Shown piece by piece: positions 16,241 through 25,547 of a stretch of DNA of 53,129 bases. A program made the position numbers and the translations under genes. Within the stretch, counting starts at the first letter, position 1; every line of letters begins with the position of its first letter. The notes under the pieces are model-generated. The model saw only the letters and a list, made by a program, of their open reading frames with translations, did not search any database and was not told the origin of the DNA. Source of the DNA: an uncultured Planctomycetia bacterium (GTDB taxonomy: Bacteria > Omnitrophota > Gorgyraeia > Pluralincolimonadales > CAZUZR01); the NCBI GenBank assembly GCA_964625025.1, contig CAZUZR010000001.1:1456-54584 (forward strand), given 5' to 3'.

Positions 16241-18799
16241 TTAATAACTTGAACGTCTAATAAATTTGACTAATTTTCCGCTTATCAGGGTAAATTTGCC
16301 CTTAAGCCGTATATCTTGCGAGGAACTTCCGATAAGCACTTCAAATTCTCCCGGCTCAGCAACCCAATCTTTTTTATTGATGTCGTAAAAAGAGAGCGCC
16401 TTCTTATCAAACGTGAAATTTATCTTTCTTGTTTCTTTTGGCTTCAAATTGACCCTTTGAAATCCTTTCAATTCCTTAAGGGGCCTCTCAACGCTTGATT
16501 CTACGTCTCTGATATAAAGTTGAACTACCTCAGCGCCTTCCCTGCTGCCTGTATTCTTTAAATCAAAGCTGACTTCTATAACGTCGTGATTTGCAACAAC
16601 GCTTGGGGTTATTTTGATATTGCTGTATTGAAAAAAAGTATAAGATAAACCGTGCCCAAAGGGGAAAAGGGCCTTGATGTTTTTCTTTTCGAAGTGGCGA
16701 TAGCCAACAAAAATCCCTTCAGAATAATATGTCCTGCTATCTCTTCCGGGATATGTAGGATGCGCCGCGCAATCCTCCCATCTTAGCGGAAAGGTCACTG
16801 GCAATTTACCTGATGGATTAAAATCGCCTAAAAGCACATCCGCTATCGCATTGCCGCCTTCTTGTCCTGGATACCAAGCTTCAACGACAGCGGGGACTTT
16901 ATCTATCCACTCGTTCATTAAAACAGGTGCACCGGTATTTAAAACCACTATGGTATTTTTATTTATTTCGGAAATCTTCTTAATCAATTCATTTTGGGCA
17001 TCAGGCAAATTCAAGTCCTCTCTATCAAAACCTTCGCCCTCAAATTTTTTAGAAAGCCCCGCATATATAATAACCACATCAGATTTTTTAGCGGCATCTA
17101 CGGCATCGGTTAAAAGCTCACGCGGCTTGCCCCACCCAAGTACAATAACTGCTGCGCCCCAATTTTCATAATACTCAATTCGTAAATCATACCCTTTACC
17201 TGCTTCGAGCGTAACTGTGGCATTTTTTATTTCCGAAGCCTGATCTCGCCAGCTATCAATTAATAATCTTCCATCGAAATATAAACGAACTCCGTCATCG
17301 CTCATTATGCTCAACTCATATTCGCCGCTCGAAGGTGGAACTAATTTGCCTGTCCATCTAACCGAAAAGCTATCTAAAGCTACGCCTTCGCCGGGAGAAC
17401 TGCTTCCCCAATCAAAATTAATCTGTTTGTCGACCCTTCTTAGGATAGGTTCGCCCTGCAAATCCTGATTGTTGAAATATTCTCCTAAGAGCCCGTTTAT
17501 TTTTTTATTATCATAAGTCGTAAAAAGAACGGAAGAAGCAATAGGGGATAATTCGCCGTCGAGCGAGCATCCTAATGAGTAATTAATCACCGCTTTATCT
17601 TTTATCTTATTTTGTAAGGCCTCTAAGGGACTTACCGAATAAGACGGCGTTACTTCTGAACTGCCTCCCCCTCCAAATCTATTGATTGCCGCATTAGGCC
17701 CTATTATCGCAATTGATTTTATTTGGTTTATTTTTATGGGTAAGAGATTTCTCTCATTCTTCATCAGAACAATTCCTTCCCTCGCGGCTTGCAAAGCAAT
17801 CTCTTTATGCTCCGGCGTGTTGATAGCCCCTTTGTCCGGATCAGATTTAGGACCAAAAAGGCCACACAAGAACATCGCTCTTAGTATGCGTCTGACTTTA
17901 TCATCGACTATCGATTCTTTCACTTCGCCCCCCTCAACAGCACTTCGTAACTCTTGATTAAAATAATTTCCCTGGGGCATTTCTAGATCGAGCCCGAACT
18001 TCGCCGCATTTACGGCGCTGTGAGTCGCACCCCAGTCAGAGACAACAAATCCCTTGAATCCCCACTCCTTTTTTAGGATATTATTTAACAGATAATCGTT
18101 TTCGGTGCAATGAAAGCCATTTACTTTATTATAGGCGGCCATAATCGACCACGCACCGCCTTCCTTAACAGCGGCTTCAAAAGCCGGAAGGTATATTTCC
18201 CTAAGAGTTCTTTCGTCGACTTTCACATCTATTGAATCTCTTTCCCATTCCTGATTATTGCACGCGTAATGTTTAGGGGTCGCGATAACATCCTGGTCCT
18301 GCAGCCCTCTTACATAGGATACCGCCAACCGCGAAGCGAGGTATGGGTCTTCTCCAAAACTTTCAAAGTTTCTGCCGCCCAAGGGGACCCTATTGATATT
18401 TATGCAAGGGGCCAATAACATATTCCTTCCTTTTGCTTTAATCTCTCTGGCAAGGGCCCAAGCGATTTTATTGACTAAATCCGTATCCCAACTTGACGCC
18501 ATCGCTATCGAAGAGGGAAAACAGGTAGAATTCCCTTCTCTTACTCCTACCGGCCCATCTGCCATTTTTATTGATGGAATACCAAGCCTTTTAATTGGAT
18601 GGGTTTCCATATCATTTCCGGCGATGAGGGTAATTTTTTCCTCTAAAGTCATTCGCTTTAATAAATCTTCGATTTTCGCCTCATTTTGAAGCTCTGCTGC
18701 ACTAACTAAAGAAGTTAGAAGAAATGATATTAAACCAACAAAGAATGCCAGATTAAACTTTGGGTTTGATATCACAAACGTTTTCCTTTCTTGCAACAA
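16241..18799 (-). CDS. bglX: Glycoside hydrolase family 3 beta-glucosidase with PA14 insert, secreted
   Basis: GH3 motifs KHYACNNQE and GFVVSDW, a PA14 block (FSVRWTGKL, SDDGVRLYFDG) and a Fn3-like C-terminus. The ORF-track start is TTG. GTG at 18775 (MISNPKF.. signal peptide, RBS AAAGGAAA) is more likely the true start. Confidence 0.85.
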   Translation of the reverse strand: MLQERKTFVISNPKFNLAFFVGLISFLLTSLVSAAELQNEAKIEDLLKRMTLEEKITLIAGNDMETHPIKRLGIPSIKMADGPVGVREGNSTCFPSSIAMASSWDTDLVNKIAWALAREIKAKGRNMLLAPCININRVPLGGRNFESFGEDPYLASRLAVSYVRGLQDQDVIATPKHYACNNQEWERDSIDVKVDERTLREIYLPAFEAAVKEGGAWSIMAAYNKVNGFHCTENDYLLNNILKKEWGFKGFVVSDWGATHSAVNAAKFGLDLEMPQGNYFNQELRSAVEGGEVKESIVDDKVRRILRAMFLCGLFGPKSDPDKGAINTPEHKEIALQAAREGIVLMKNERNLLPIKINQIKSIAIIGPNAAINRFGGGGSSEVTPSYSVSPLEALQNKIKDKAVINYSLGCSLDGELSPIASSVLFTTYDNKKINGLLGEYFNNQDLQGEPILRRVDKQINFDWGSSSPGEGVALDSFSVRWTGKLVPPSSGEYELSIMSDDGVRLYFDGRLLIDSWRDQASEIKNATVTLEAGKGYDLRIEYYENWGAAVIVLGWGKPRELLTDAVDAAKKSDVVIIYAGLSKKFEGEGFDREDLNLPDAQNELIKKISEINKNTIVVLNTGAPVLMNEWIDKVPAVVEAWYPGQEGGNAIADVLLGDFNPSGKLPVTFPLRWEDCAAHPTYPGRDSRTYYSEGIFVGYRHFEKKNIKALFPFGHGLSYTFFQYSNIKITPSVVANHDVIEVSFDLKNTGSREGAEVVQLYIRDVESSVERPLKELKGFQRVNLKPKETRKINFTFDKKALSFYDINKKDWVAEPGEFEVLIGSSSQDIRLKGKFTLISGKLVKFIRRSSY

Positions 18800-18825
18800 A
18801 AAGCAACCCTTTTAAAAGGTTGCTT
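18794..18825 (-). terminator. Rho-independent terminator downstream of tRNA-Met
   Basis: Minus strand reads AAGCAACC-TTTTAAAAG-GGTTGCTT followed by TTTGTTG. Confidence 0.55.
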
Positions 18826-18844
18826 AACCGCATTAATAAAATCT

Positions 18845-18921
18845 TGGTGGCGGCGACCCGATTCGAACGGGTGACATAGCGGGTATGAGCCGCTCGCTCT
18901 AACCAACTGAGCTACGCCGCC
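18845..18921 (-). tRNA. tRNA-Met (CAU), elongator-type, CCA encoded
   Basis: GGCGGCG-UA-GCUC-AGUUGGUUA-GAGC-G-AGCGG-CUCAUAC-CCGCU-AUGUC-ACCCG-UUCGAAU-CGGGU-CGCCGCC-A-CCA. It has a G1-C72 pair and lacks the initiator GGG/CCC anticodon stem. tRNA-Ile2 (lysidine) cannot be fully excluded. Confidence 0.8.
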
Positions 18922-18923
18922 AT

Positions 18924-19721
18924 TTACAAGAAACCTTTAATCTCCTCCATTACAAATGTCTCGTCTATCTTATCCAACCCTTTATCAAACGCGGCAAGCA
19001 AACATACATCGCAGATTTGATTTATCCTCCTTGGAATGCCGCTGGAGTAATCATATATTATTTTAAACGCCCCTTCAGAAAAGGGTTGTCTAAGCCCCCC
19101 TGCTACGCTCAGACGATGAGCGATGTAGCCCTTCGTCTCTTCTAAACTCAAGGCTTCCAAATGACACTTGATGGCTATCCTTTGTCCTAATTGTTTATTG
19201 GTTTCTATCTTTTGGGTTAATTCAGGTTGTCCGAAAAGAAGCAAGGTCAAAAGAAACCTATCCGGGGTTTGAAAATTCAATAAAAGCCTCAATTCCTCAA
19301 ATATGGAATTGTCCTCTATGCTATGCGCTTCATCTATGATTACGACGGTCTCCTTCCCATCTCTCATATTATTAAGCAATGTCTCATTAAGTGCAATTAA
19401 GGTATCGGTTTTTCTTATCGGTGGCTCTACGACGCCTAATAGATATGCTATCATCCTTAGCAATTCGGCGGCTTCAAGCCTTGGATTAATTACGATAGCC
19501 ACCTTATATTTCTCCTTGGCCAACTCCATTAATAAGACTTGTCCTATAAGGGTCTTGCCGCAACCGAATACGCCTGTAAGAATTGCTGCGCCCTTTCTGT
19601 TTTTTACGGCGTATAGCGCCCTTGCCAATGCTTCTTCATGCTGTCTTGAATAATAAATAAAGCGAGGATCGGGCGTATTCTCAAATGGCATCTCATTTAA
19701 ACCCCAGTATTCCTTATACAT
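18924..19721 (-). CDS. ExeA/GspA-like AAA ATPase
   Basis: N-terminal FGL..PF..TPDPRF.YYS..H.EA pattern, Walker A GVFGCGKT and Walker B VVIIDEAH. The stop is 2 nt from the tRNA-Met 5' end. Confidence 0.7.
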   Translation of the reverse strand: MYKEYWGLNEMPFENTPDPRFIYYSRQHEEALARALYAVKNRKGAAILTGVFGCGKTLIGQVLLMELAKEKYKVAIVINPRLEAAELLRMIAYLLGVVEPPIRKTDTLIALNETLLNNMRDGKETVVIIDEAHSIEDNSIFEELRLLLNFQTPDRFLLTLLLFGQPELTQKIETNKQLGQRIAIKCHLEALSLEETKGYIAHRLSVAGGLRQPFSEGAFKIIYDYSSGIPRRINQICDVCLLAAFDKGLDKIDETFVMEEIKGFL

Positions 19722-19740
19722 TTTTAACTACCCTCTTTCT

Positions 19741-19983
19741 CTAAAAAATGACTAACGCCAAGATGCCTATGCTAAGTAAAATCAAAATTCTGCCGAAGCG
19801 CTTTGTGCTTTTTATCTCTATCTCCCAGGAGATTGGTTCTATCTTCCAGTTAATCCGCTCGCAAAATTTCTGCTGGAATTTTATAACCGAATCCGGGCGC
19901 CGTAAAGCGATAACGCCGAAGACAAAAGATGCGAGAGCAACTATCGCTGAAATTATTTTATATGCCAAACCGAATAACATCAT
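19741..19983 (-). CDS. Small membrane protein, hypothetical (2 TM)
   Basis: 80 aa with two hydrophobic helices. ATGATG start with a GAGG RBS, and an ATGA overlap with the larE stop. Confidence 0.45.
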   Translation of the reverse strand: MMLFGLAYKIISAIVALASFVFGVIALRRPDSVIKFQQKFCERINWKIEPISWEIEIKSTKRFGRILILLSIGILALVIF

Positions 19984-20864
19984 TTTAGCGCCTCATTGAC
20001 CCCGCCCTTTCTCACTACCTTAGAGTCTCTTCTTTGTAGAAAGGGCGGGGTCATACTGCCGGTGCGATAGCCCTTCAAATCAACCGTAACATATCTAAAG
20101 CCGATTTTACTGAAATTTCTAACTATATCCTCGCGCAGGCCGTTTTCGAAAAATTTATAAATCTCATCGGGGGCAACTTCGATTCTGGCGATATCTCCGT
20201 GTCGTCGAACTCGGATTTGGCGAAAATCGAATTTTTCACGCAGGAACTGCTCGGCCAACTCTATTTGATTAAGCTTTCTTTTTGTAATCGTCTCATAATA
20301 AGGTATTCGCGACGCAAGACAGGCGTATGCAGGCTTATTCCAAGTCGGAAGGCCTAGCCTCTTCGATAATGCTCTGATATCCTCTTTAGTAAAGCGCGCT
20401 TCTTTTAAGGGACCCCTTACGCCACTTTCTTTCGCCGCGCGCCTGCCAGGCCTAAAATCTCTTATGTCGTCGTAATTGGTCGCATCAGCGATATATTTTA
20501 AGCCTTCGTCCTTCGCGAACTTCTTCATCTTATCAAAGAGCTCGCTCTTACAATAATAACATCTCTGAGGTGGATTTCTTTTAAAATTTGCATCTTTTAA
20601 TTCCTCTGTCTTAATTATAATATGCCTTACGCCGATTAATTTGGCAAGCCTTTTTGCATCTTTAAGCTCGGAGCGCGGATAGGTCTCAGAAGTCGCTGTC
20701 ACAGCCAAAACATTTTGGCGGCCCAAGGTATCCTTTGCGACTCTAACTAAAAACGTGGAATCAACCCCGCCGGAAAACGCAATCGCTACCGACCCCATCT
20801 TTTTTAAAATATTTTTTAACCTTTCGAGTTTAGAGTTTAGGGTTTCGAGTTTTACTTTATCCAT
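19980..20864 (-). CDS. larE: PP-loop ATP-utilising enzyme, LarE/TIGR00268 family (sulfur transferase-like)
   Basis: AFSGGVDSTFL PP-loop, CYYCK and VTVDLKGYRTGSM. The last ~24 codons run through palindromic element 19998..20052. Confidence 0.65.
   Translation of the reverse strand: MDKVKLETLNSKLERLKNILKKMGSVAIAFSGGVDSTFLVRVAKDTLGRQNVLAVTATSETYPRSELKDAKRLAKLIGVRHIIIKTEELKDANFKRNPPQRCYYCKSELFDKMKKFAKDEGLKYIADATNYDDIRDFRPGRRAAKESGVRGPLKEARFTKEDIRALSKRLGLPTWNKPAYACLASRIPYYETITKRKLNQIELAEQFLREKFDFRQIRVRRHGDIARIEVAPDEIYKFFENGLREDIVRNFSKIGFRYVTVDLKGYRTGSMTPPFLQRRDSKVVRKGGVNEALK
19998..20052 (-). repeat. Palindromic junction element, family 2, copy 1
   Basis: Minus strand reads GACCCCGCCCTTTCT-ACAAAGAAGAGACTCTAAGGTAGTG-AGAAAGGGCGGGGTC, with 15-bp perfect arms. 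It is homologous to 37554..37605. Confidence 0.85.
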
Positions 20865-21919
20865 CCGCCACCTAAAACTTTATCATCGTCGTAAAAGACG
20901 ACCGCCTGCCCAGGGGTAATAGCATGCTGGGGCTCATCGAATACTACTTTAACCTCTCCATCAGAAATCGGAAAGATTTCACAATCTGCCTTTTTGTGAT
21001 TGTATCTAATCTTCGCCTTCGCTCGGATGTACGCTTCGATGCCATCGCTTGCCATCCAGGAAACTCGTGACGCAAAAAGCTCCTTCTGCTTGACAAGCTC
21101 CTCATCCCCGACGACAACCGAATTTTTCTCTGCGTCAATCTGAATCACATATAATGGCTTTCCAGCAGCAATCCCTAATCCCTTCCTCTGTCCTACCGTA
21201 TAAAATGCCACACCTTTATGTTCGCCCAAATTCCGTCCTTCAACATCAACTATTTTTCCCGGAGTTATATCCCTAATCCTTTCCTTTATAAAATCTCTAT
21301 AATCGCCATCTAAAACGAAGCATATCTCCTGGCTCTCTGGTTTTTCTGACACCTTTAAACCGTTTGACCGCGCCATCTCACGAACCTCTGCTTTTGCAAA
21401 TTCACCCAAAGGCAATAAAATATTTTGAAGTTGTTCCTGACTCAGATTAAATAAGACATATGATTGGTCCTTTGCTTTGTCCTTTCCCTCCTTAATAAAA
21501 TATCTTCCGCTCTCTGAATCATAACCGTGCGATGCGTAATGGCCCGTTGCAACATAATCTGCACCTAAACCCTTTGCCCTCGCTAAAAGCGCGCCGAATT
21601 TTATCTTTTGATTGCATACTATGCACGGATTTGGAGTCCGACCCCGAGAATATTCAGCGCAAAAATAGTCTATCACATCGCGACTAAAATCATCTTCCAC
21701 GTTTAGAACATAATACGGAATCCCAAGTTGATTCGCAACGGCCCGTGCGTCCTCGATAGACTCCAACGAACAGCAGCTCTTCTTGCCGTGCGAGCCGCAT
21801 AATTCCTTCGGCCACAAACGCATAGTAACCCCTATCACATCGTAACCCTGTTGCTTCAACAAGAGGGCCGCAACCGATGAATCCACGCCGCCGCTCATAG
21901 CGACAACAACCTTTTTCAC
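20852..21919 (-). CDS. mnmA: tRNA-specific 2-thiouridylase MnmA
   Basis: VAMSGGVDSSV PP-loop, catalytic Cys region PNPCIVCN and the C-terminal barrel. The start is set at GTG 21919 (MKKVVVAMSGG). The ORF-track ATG at 21940 lies inside repeat 21917..21978. Confidence 0.9.
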   Translation of the reverse strand: MKKVVVAMSGGVDSSVAALLLKQQGYDVIGVTMRLWPKELCGSHGKKSCCSLESIEDARAVANQLGIPYYVLNVEDDFSRDVIDYFCAEYSRGRTPNPCIVCNQKIKFGALLARAKGLGADYVATGHYASHGYDSESGRYFIKEGKDKAKDQSYVLFNLSQEQLQNILLPLGEFAKAEVREMARSNGLKVSEKPESQEICFVLDGDYRDFIKERIRDITPGKIVDVEGRNLGEHKGVAFYTVGQRKGLGIAAGKPLYVIQIDAEKNSVVVGDEELVKQKELFASRVSWMASDGIEAYIRAKAKIRYNHKKADCEIFPISDGEVKVVFDEPQHAITPGQAVVFYDDDKVLGGGWIK

Positions 21920-21978
21920 CCCGTTAGAAACACCCCCCATACTACCCCGTTAGAACAATAGTTTCTAACGGGGTTCAT
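21917..21978 (-). repeat. Three-arm hairpin junction element, family 1, copy 2 (thiH-like/mnmA junction)
   Basis: Minus strand reads ATGAACCCCGTTAGAAACTATTGTTCTAACGGGGTAGTATGGGGGGTGTTTCTAACGGGGTG. It differs from copy 1 only in the ~10-nt segment before arm 3. Confidence 0.8.
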
Positions 21979-21982
21979 CTAT

Positions 21983-23065
21983 TTATTTCCTTCCTCCAGA
22001 GGTGGATTCCTCAACATAATCGACCTCTGGAACCAGCCCTAAATTATTTAAATCTTGGATGACCTCGTCAATAGTCCGTGTATCCTCAATTGCAAATTGA
22101 GATTTATCATACTCAAATTCAGGCACGGTATATCCGCCTGGGCTGGTCCGTGAGCCCGCCGACATTTGCGTAATTCCTATCTTTGCCATTTCGTCTCGCA
22201 GGTCTTTTGCTTCGCGAGTAGAAAGCGCAATCTCAGCCGTCGGCAATGCAAGGCGCAGAATCGCTACTATCTTCTTTAATTCCCCATCCGAAACAGGATA
22301 AGGCGCCTCAGTTAAAACCGCTCCTATTGCAGGACGAAGGCGCGGAACCGAGATATTATACGGATATATCTCGAACCTATCCTTCAAACTACTTATATGG
22401 TCAATAAGCGCCAATACCTCGAATTTATAATCATAAAGTCCGAACAGAACCCCCATTCCGATATGTCTAATCCCGGAAGAAAGTGCCCGCTCCATAGTGG
22501 AAATCCGCCAGTCGTAGTCTGCCTTCTTTACCTTCGGATGCAGTTTCTTATATTGGCTCGTCGAATAAGTCTCTTGAAATGACTGATACGCCCAAATCTT
22601 AGATTTGCTTAAAATCTTAAAATCCCCTTCAAAAAGCGGCGCCATATTAACGCTTATCGTCTTAAGTGAGGTCTTTTCATAAATCGCATCTACGATTTCA
22701 GCAACCCTTTCTGCGCTTGCCTCTCTGGGATTCTCCGCAGAGACCAACAAAACGCGTTTATGCCCTTGCCGACTTAAAACCTCTGCCTCCTTTAAAATCT
22801 CATCTAAACTTAAGGTCCTTCTTTTCAGTAATCTATTATCGACTCTGAAACCGCAATAGAGACAATTATTGATGCACTCGTTCGTCAAATAAAGCGGCGC
22901 AAAAATTGAAATCCTTTTGGCGAATACTTTCTCTTTTACCTCACCAGCCACTTTAAAGAGCTCGGATAAGCTCGATTCATCCTCCACGGAAAGTAATTGA
23001 GCGGTCGCATCCTTTGATAAGCCGTTTAAATTTCTTGCCCTGTTTAAAATCTCGCTTAGCTCCAT
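21983..23065 (-). CDS. thiH: Radical SAM enzyme, ThiH/HydG family (2-iminoacetate synthase-like)
   Basis: FAPLYLTNECINNCLYCGF CxxxCxxC cluster motif and a ThiH-like length (360 aa). No other thi genes are nearby. Confidence 0.6.
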   Translation of the reverse strand: MELSEILNRARNLNGLSKDATAQLLSVEDESSLSELFKVAGEVKEKVFAKRISIFAPLYLTNECINNCLYCGFRVDNRLLKRRTLSLDEILKEAEVLSRQGHKRVLLVSAENPREASAERVAEIVDAIYEKTSLKTISVNMAPLFEGDFKILSKSKIWAYQSFQETYSTSQYKKLHPKVKKADYDWRISTMERALSSGIRHIGMGVLFGLYDYKFEVLALIDHISSLKDRFEIYPYNISVPRLRPAIGAVLTEAPYPVSDGELKKIVAILRLALPTAEIALSTREAKDLRDEMAKIGITQMSAGSRTSPGGYTVPEFEYDKSQFAIEDTRTIDEVIQDLNNLGLVPEVDYVEESTSGGRK

Positions 23066-24156
23066 AATTTCTTGATATCCTTTAAGTGCGCCAAAATCAA
23101 AATCGCTACCAAGCCGATAGCGAAAATTGCGATGACGACATAATTCAGCTGTCTGGATTTGGCCTCTAACTTATACTCTTTCAGGAAAAAATCCGATGGA
23201 GAAAAGGTCCACTTCGCAGCATTTATTTTAATTTCAGCCGCGTTTGAGTTGACGACCCTGCCCGGCATAACGACCGTTATGCTGAATGGATAACTTACGA
23301 ATATCGGTATGCCATAAACCCCGAAGGCATCATCGTAATTTCTTTTTGATAGTTCATCCCAATGCGACTGTAATTCTTCACCTATCTTTTTATGTGCCTG
23401 TTTTATTTTATCCTCTAGTCCTTTGTAATCTAGTCCCTTGTCTTCCTTCGTGAGGTAATCGTCGACAAATGCGATAAACCCATCTTCGCTGAATTTTTCG
23501 CTCAATTCATCCAATCTTTTCTCTATCTCTTTATCCTCATCCTCACCTTCAAAGATTTTAAACCCATCCTTCAAAAATTCTCTTAGAAAATAATCGTAAT
23601 ATGGGCGGAACGTATCGTTTAAAAAAATTCTGAACTTGTCCTTTGTAATTAGCCCTGACAAACCAGCCCCAAGATATTCGGATGTCTTATCTAAAACATA
23701 ATTATACTCTCGCTCACAAAATTGCTTAATCCCTTGCTCATCCGCTGAATCCGTAAAGACCTCTTCGTACTCATAAGCGTTAAAAATAAATCCCTTTTTA
23801 ACTCTGAGGTCATACCTATTTCTTGACAGGTTCTTTGGGTCGAGGCCCGTTCTCGTATAATCTGGCGCTAACTTATTTAAGTCCTTAAAAACGCTTTTTA
23901 CTTCGTAAATATGATTCTTTCGTTCGACCTTGCTCCAGGAGGGGGTGTACTTTTGTGTCTGCCAACTACCGCCTTCAGGTAAAATATATCTGTTTAATAA
24001 TTCCTCCTTTTCACTTTCTTCCTCAGCCGAATAGGTTGTTATCCTAAAACCTGAGCCATCGGGATTTATCTTTGTTACGGCCGTGAATTTAATCTCGCAA
24101 CCACCTAACGATAAAACCAGAAGGGTCAAAAATAAGGTGGACAGGGTCTTTTTCAT
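23056..24156 (-). CDS. Lipoprotein with C-terminal TM helix, hypothetical
   Basis: Lipobox LSLGGC and a C-terminal hydrophobic helix VVIAIFAIGLVAILILA. No known domain recognised. Confidence 0.45.
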   Translation of the reverse strand: MKKTLSTLFLTLLVLSLGGCEIKFTAVTKINPDGSGFRITTYSAEEESEKEELLNRYILPEGGSWQTQKYTPSWSKVERKNHIYEVKSVFKDLNKLAPDYTRTGLDPKNLSRNRYDLRVKKGFIFNAYEYEEVFTDSADEQGIKQFCEREYNYVLDKTSEYLGAGLSGLITKDKFRIFLNDTFRPYYDYFLREFLKDGFKIFEGEDEDKEIEKRLDELSEKFSEDGFIAFVDDYLTKEDKGLDYKGLEDKIKQAHKKIGEELQSHWDELSKRNYDDAFGVYGIPIFVSYPFSITVVMPGRVVNSNAAEIKINAAKWTFSPSDFFLKEYKLEAKSRQLNYVVIAIFAIGLVAILILAHLKDIKKLWS

Positions 24157-25547
24157 CTCTGCTCCGTCAAATACCTATCCATCGCTGCAGCGGCTTTCTT
24201 GCCCGCCCCCATCGCTGCAATTACAGTGCCCTCACCAGTTGTAATGTCGCCGCCTGCAAAGACGCCTTTTATCGAGGTCATACAATCCTCGTCTATCTTA
24301 AGCTCGCCGCCTGCATGCGTCTCAAAACCTTTGGTTGTTCGGGCAATCAAAGGATTTGGGCCCTGGCCGATTGCGATGATAACTGTATCCATTGGCATAG
24401 TATATTCCGAACCTTTTATCGGAATGGGGCGCCTCCTTCCATCCTTATCCGGCTCGCCCAATTCCATCTTTAAACAAGTCATATTTTTAACTTCGCCCTG
24501 TTCATTCCCCTCGATTTTTACAGGCGCGGTTAAAAACCTAAATTCAATTCCTTCATCTTTCGCGTTATTTACTTCGGCGTGGCGGGCTGGGACTTCTTTT
24601 TCGCTTCTTCTATAAACTATCATCGCCTCTTCTGCGCCAAGCCGTTTTGCAACTCGCACGCAATCCATCGCCGTATCGCCTGCTCCTACAACTGCTACTT
24701 TTGCCCCAATTCTAACCGGGGTCTTATACTTCGGGAATTCATATGCGTGCATTAAATTAACCCGTGTCAGAAATTCATTTGCCGAATAAACTCCGTTTAA
24801 ATTCTCGCCTGGGATTCCCAAAAAATATGGAAGGCCTGCGCCTGTGCCTAAGAATATCGCTTTGTATCCTTCATCGAATAAATCACCAATGGTAAAAGTC
24901 CTGCCGATTAAGACATTAATTTTTATATCAACGCCTAAGGACTTGACATAATTTGTCTCAATATCGAGGATCCCTTTTGGCAACCTAAATTCAGGGATGC
25001 CGTATCTTAAAACCCCTCCGCTTGCGCTAAGCGATTCGAAGAGCGTTACATCATAGCCATATCTTGCCAAATCCGCTGCGGCTGTCAAACCCGCAGGACC
25101 TGCGCCCACGACCGCTACTTTTACGCCTTTCTTTGCCTCCATCTTCGGCGGCCTTAATTTAGAATGCGTAATCTCCCAATCTGCGACGAACCTCTCCAAT
25201 GCACCAATTGCGACCGCTTCTTCCTTACCCAACAGAGTGCAAAGCACCTCGCACTGGGTCTCCTGAGGGCAGACCCTGCCGCATATCGCAGGCAGATTAT
25301 TCTTTTCCTTGACCACCTTTATCGCACCTTCATAATCGCGCTTTGCTATCAATTCAATAAATGCGGGGATATCTATATCAACTGGGCAACCTCCAACGCA
25401 AGACCTCTTCTTGCACATAATACAGCGCTTCACTTCCAGAAGGGCCTGCTCCTCGGTAAAACCCAAAGAGACCTCCTGAAAATCTTTAATCCTTCCCTTC
25501 GGATCGCGCGTCCTCAATCTTTGTCGTGGAATTGTTTCTTTTGCCAT
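24153..25547 (-). CDS. nfnB: NADH-dependent reduced ferredoxin:NADP+ oxidoreductase large subunit (GltD/SudA-like)
   Basis: An N-terminal 2x[4Fe-4S] Cys region and two Rossmann motifs, VAVVGAGPAG and VAVVGAGDTAMD; 464 aa. Confidence 0.8.
   Translation of the reverse strand: MAKETIPRQRLRTRDPKGRIKDFQEVSLGFTEEQALLEVKRCIMCKKRSCVGGCPVDIDIPAFIELIAKRDYEGAIKVVKEKNNLPAICGRVCPQETQCEVLCTLLGKEEAVAIGALERFVADWEITHSKLRPPKMEAKKGVKVAVVGAGPAGLTAAADLARYGYDVTLFESLSASGGVLRYGIPEFRLPKGILDIETNYVKSLGVDIKINVLIGRTFTIGDLFDEGYKAIFLGTGAGLPYFLGIPGENLNGVYSANEFLTRVNLMHAYEFPKYKTPVRIGAKVAVVGAGDTAMDCVRVAKRLGAEEAMIVYRRSEKEVPARHAEVNNAKDEGIEFRFLTAPVKIEGNEQGEVKNMTCLKMELGEPDKDGRRRPIPIKGSEYTMPMDTVIIAIGQGPNPLIARTTKGFETHAGGELKIDEDCMTSIKGVFAGGDITTGEGTVIAAMGAGKKAAAAMDRYLTEQR

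Noticed and set aside
18845-18921. Calling the CAU tRNA tRNA-Ile2 (the lysidine substrate) because tilS is 2.6 kb away
   Set aside because: The loop CUCAUAC (A37, C38) and the GGCGG.GUAGCUCAGUUGGUUAGAGC body resemble elongator tRNA-Met as I recall it from B. subtilis and E. coli. Proximity to tilS is not evidence. This remains unresolved without a classifier such as tRNAscan-SE or TFAM.
20835-20862. Similarity of GAGTTTAGAGTTTAGGGTTTCGAGTTT (larE 5' end) to the TTTAGAGTTT repeats at 45528..45563
   Set aside because: It lies in coding sequence for a plausible coiled N-terminus (KLETLNSKLERLK). The match is short and AT-rich, so it is probably coincidental.
25486-25547. The 62-nt overlap between nfnA and nfnB as a sign of a frameshift or fusion
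   Set aside because: The NfnB N-terminus (..PRQRLRTRDPKGRIKDFQEV) looks like the conserved family start. The NfnA tail in the overlap is a non-conserved charged extension. A genuine overlap is more parsimonious than a sequencing error, though read data could confirm this.
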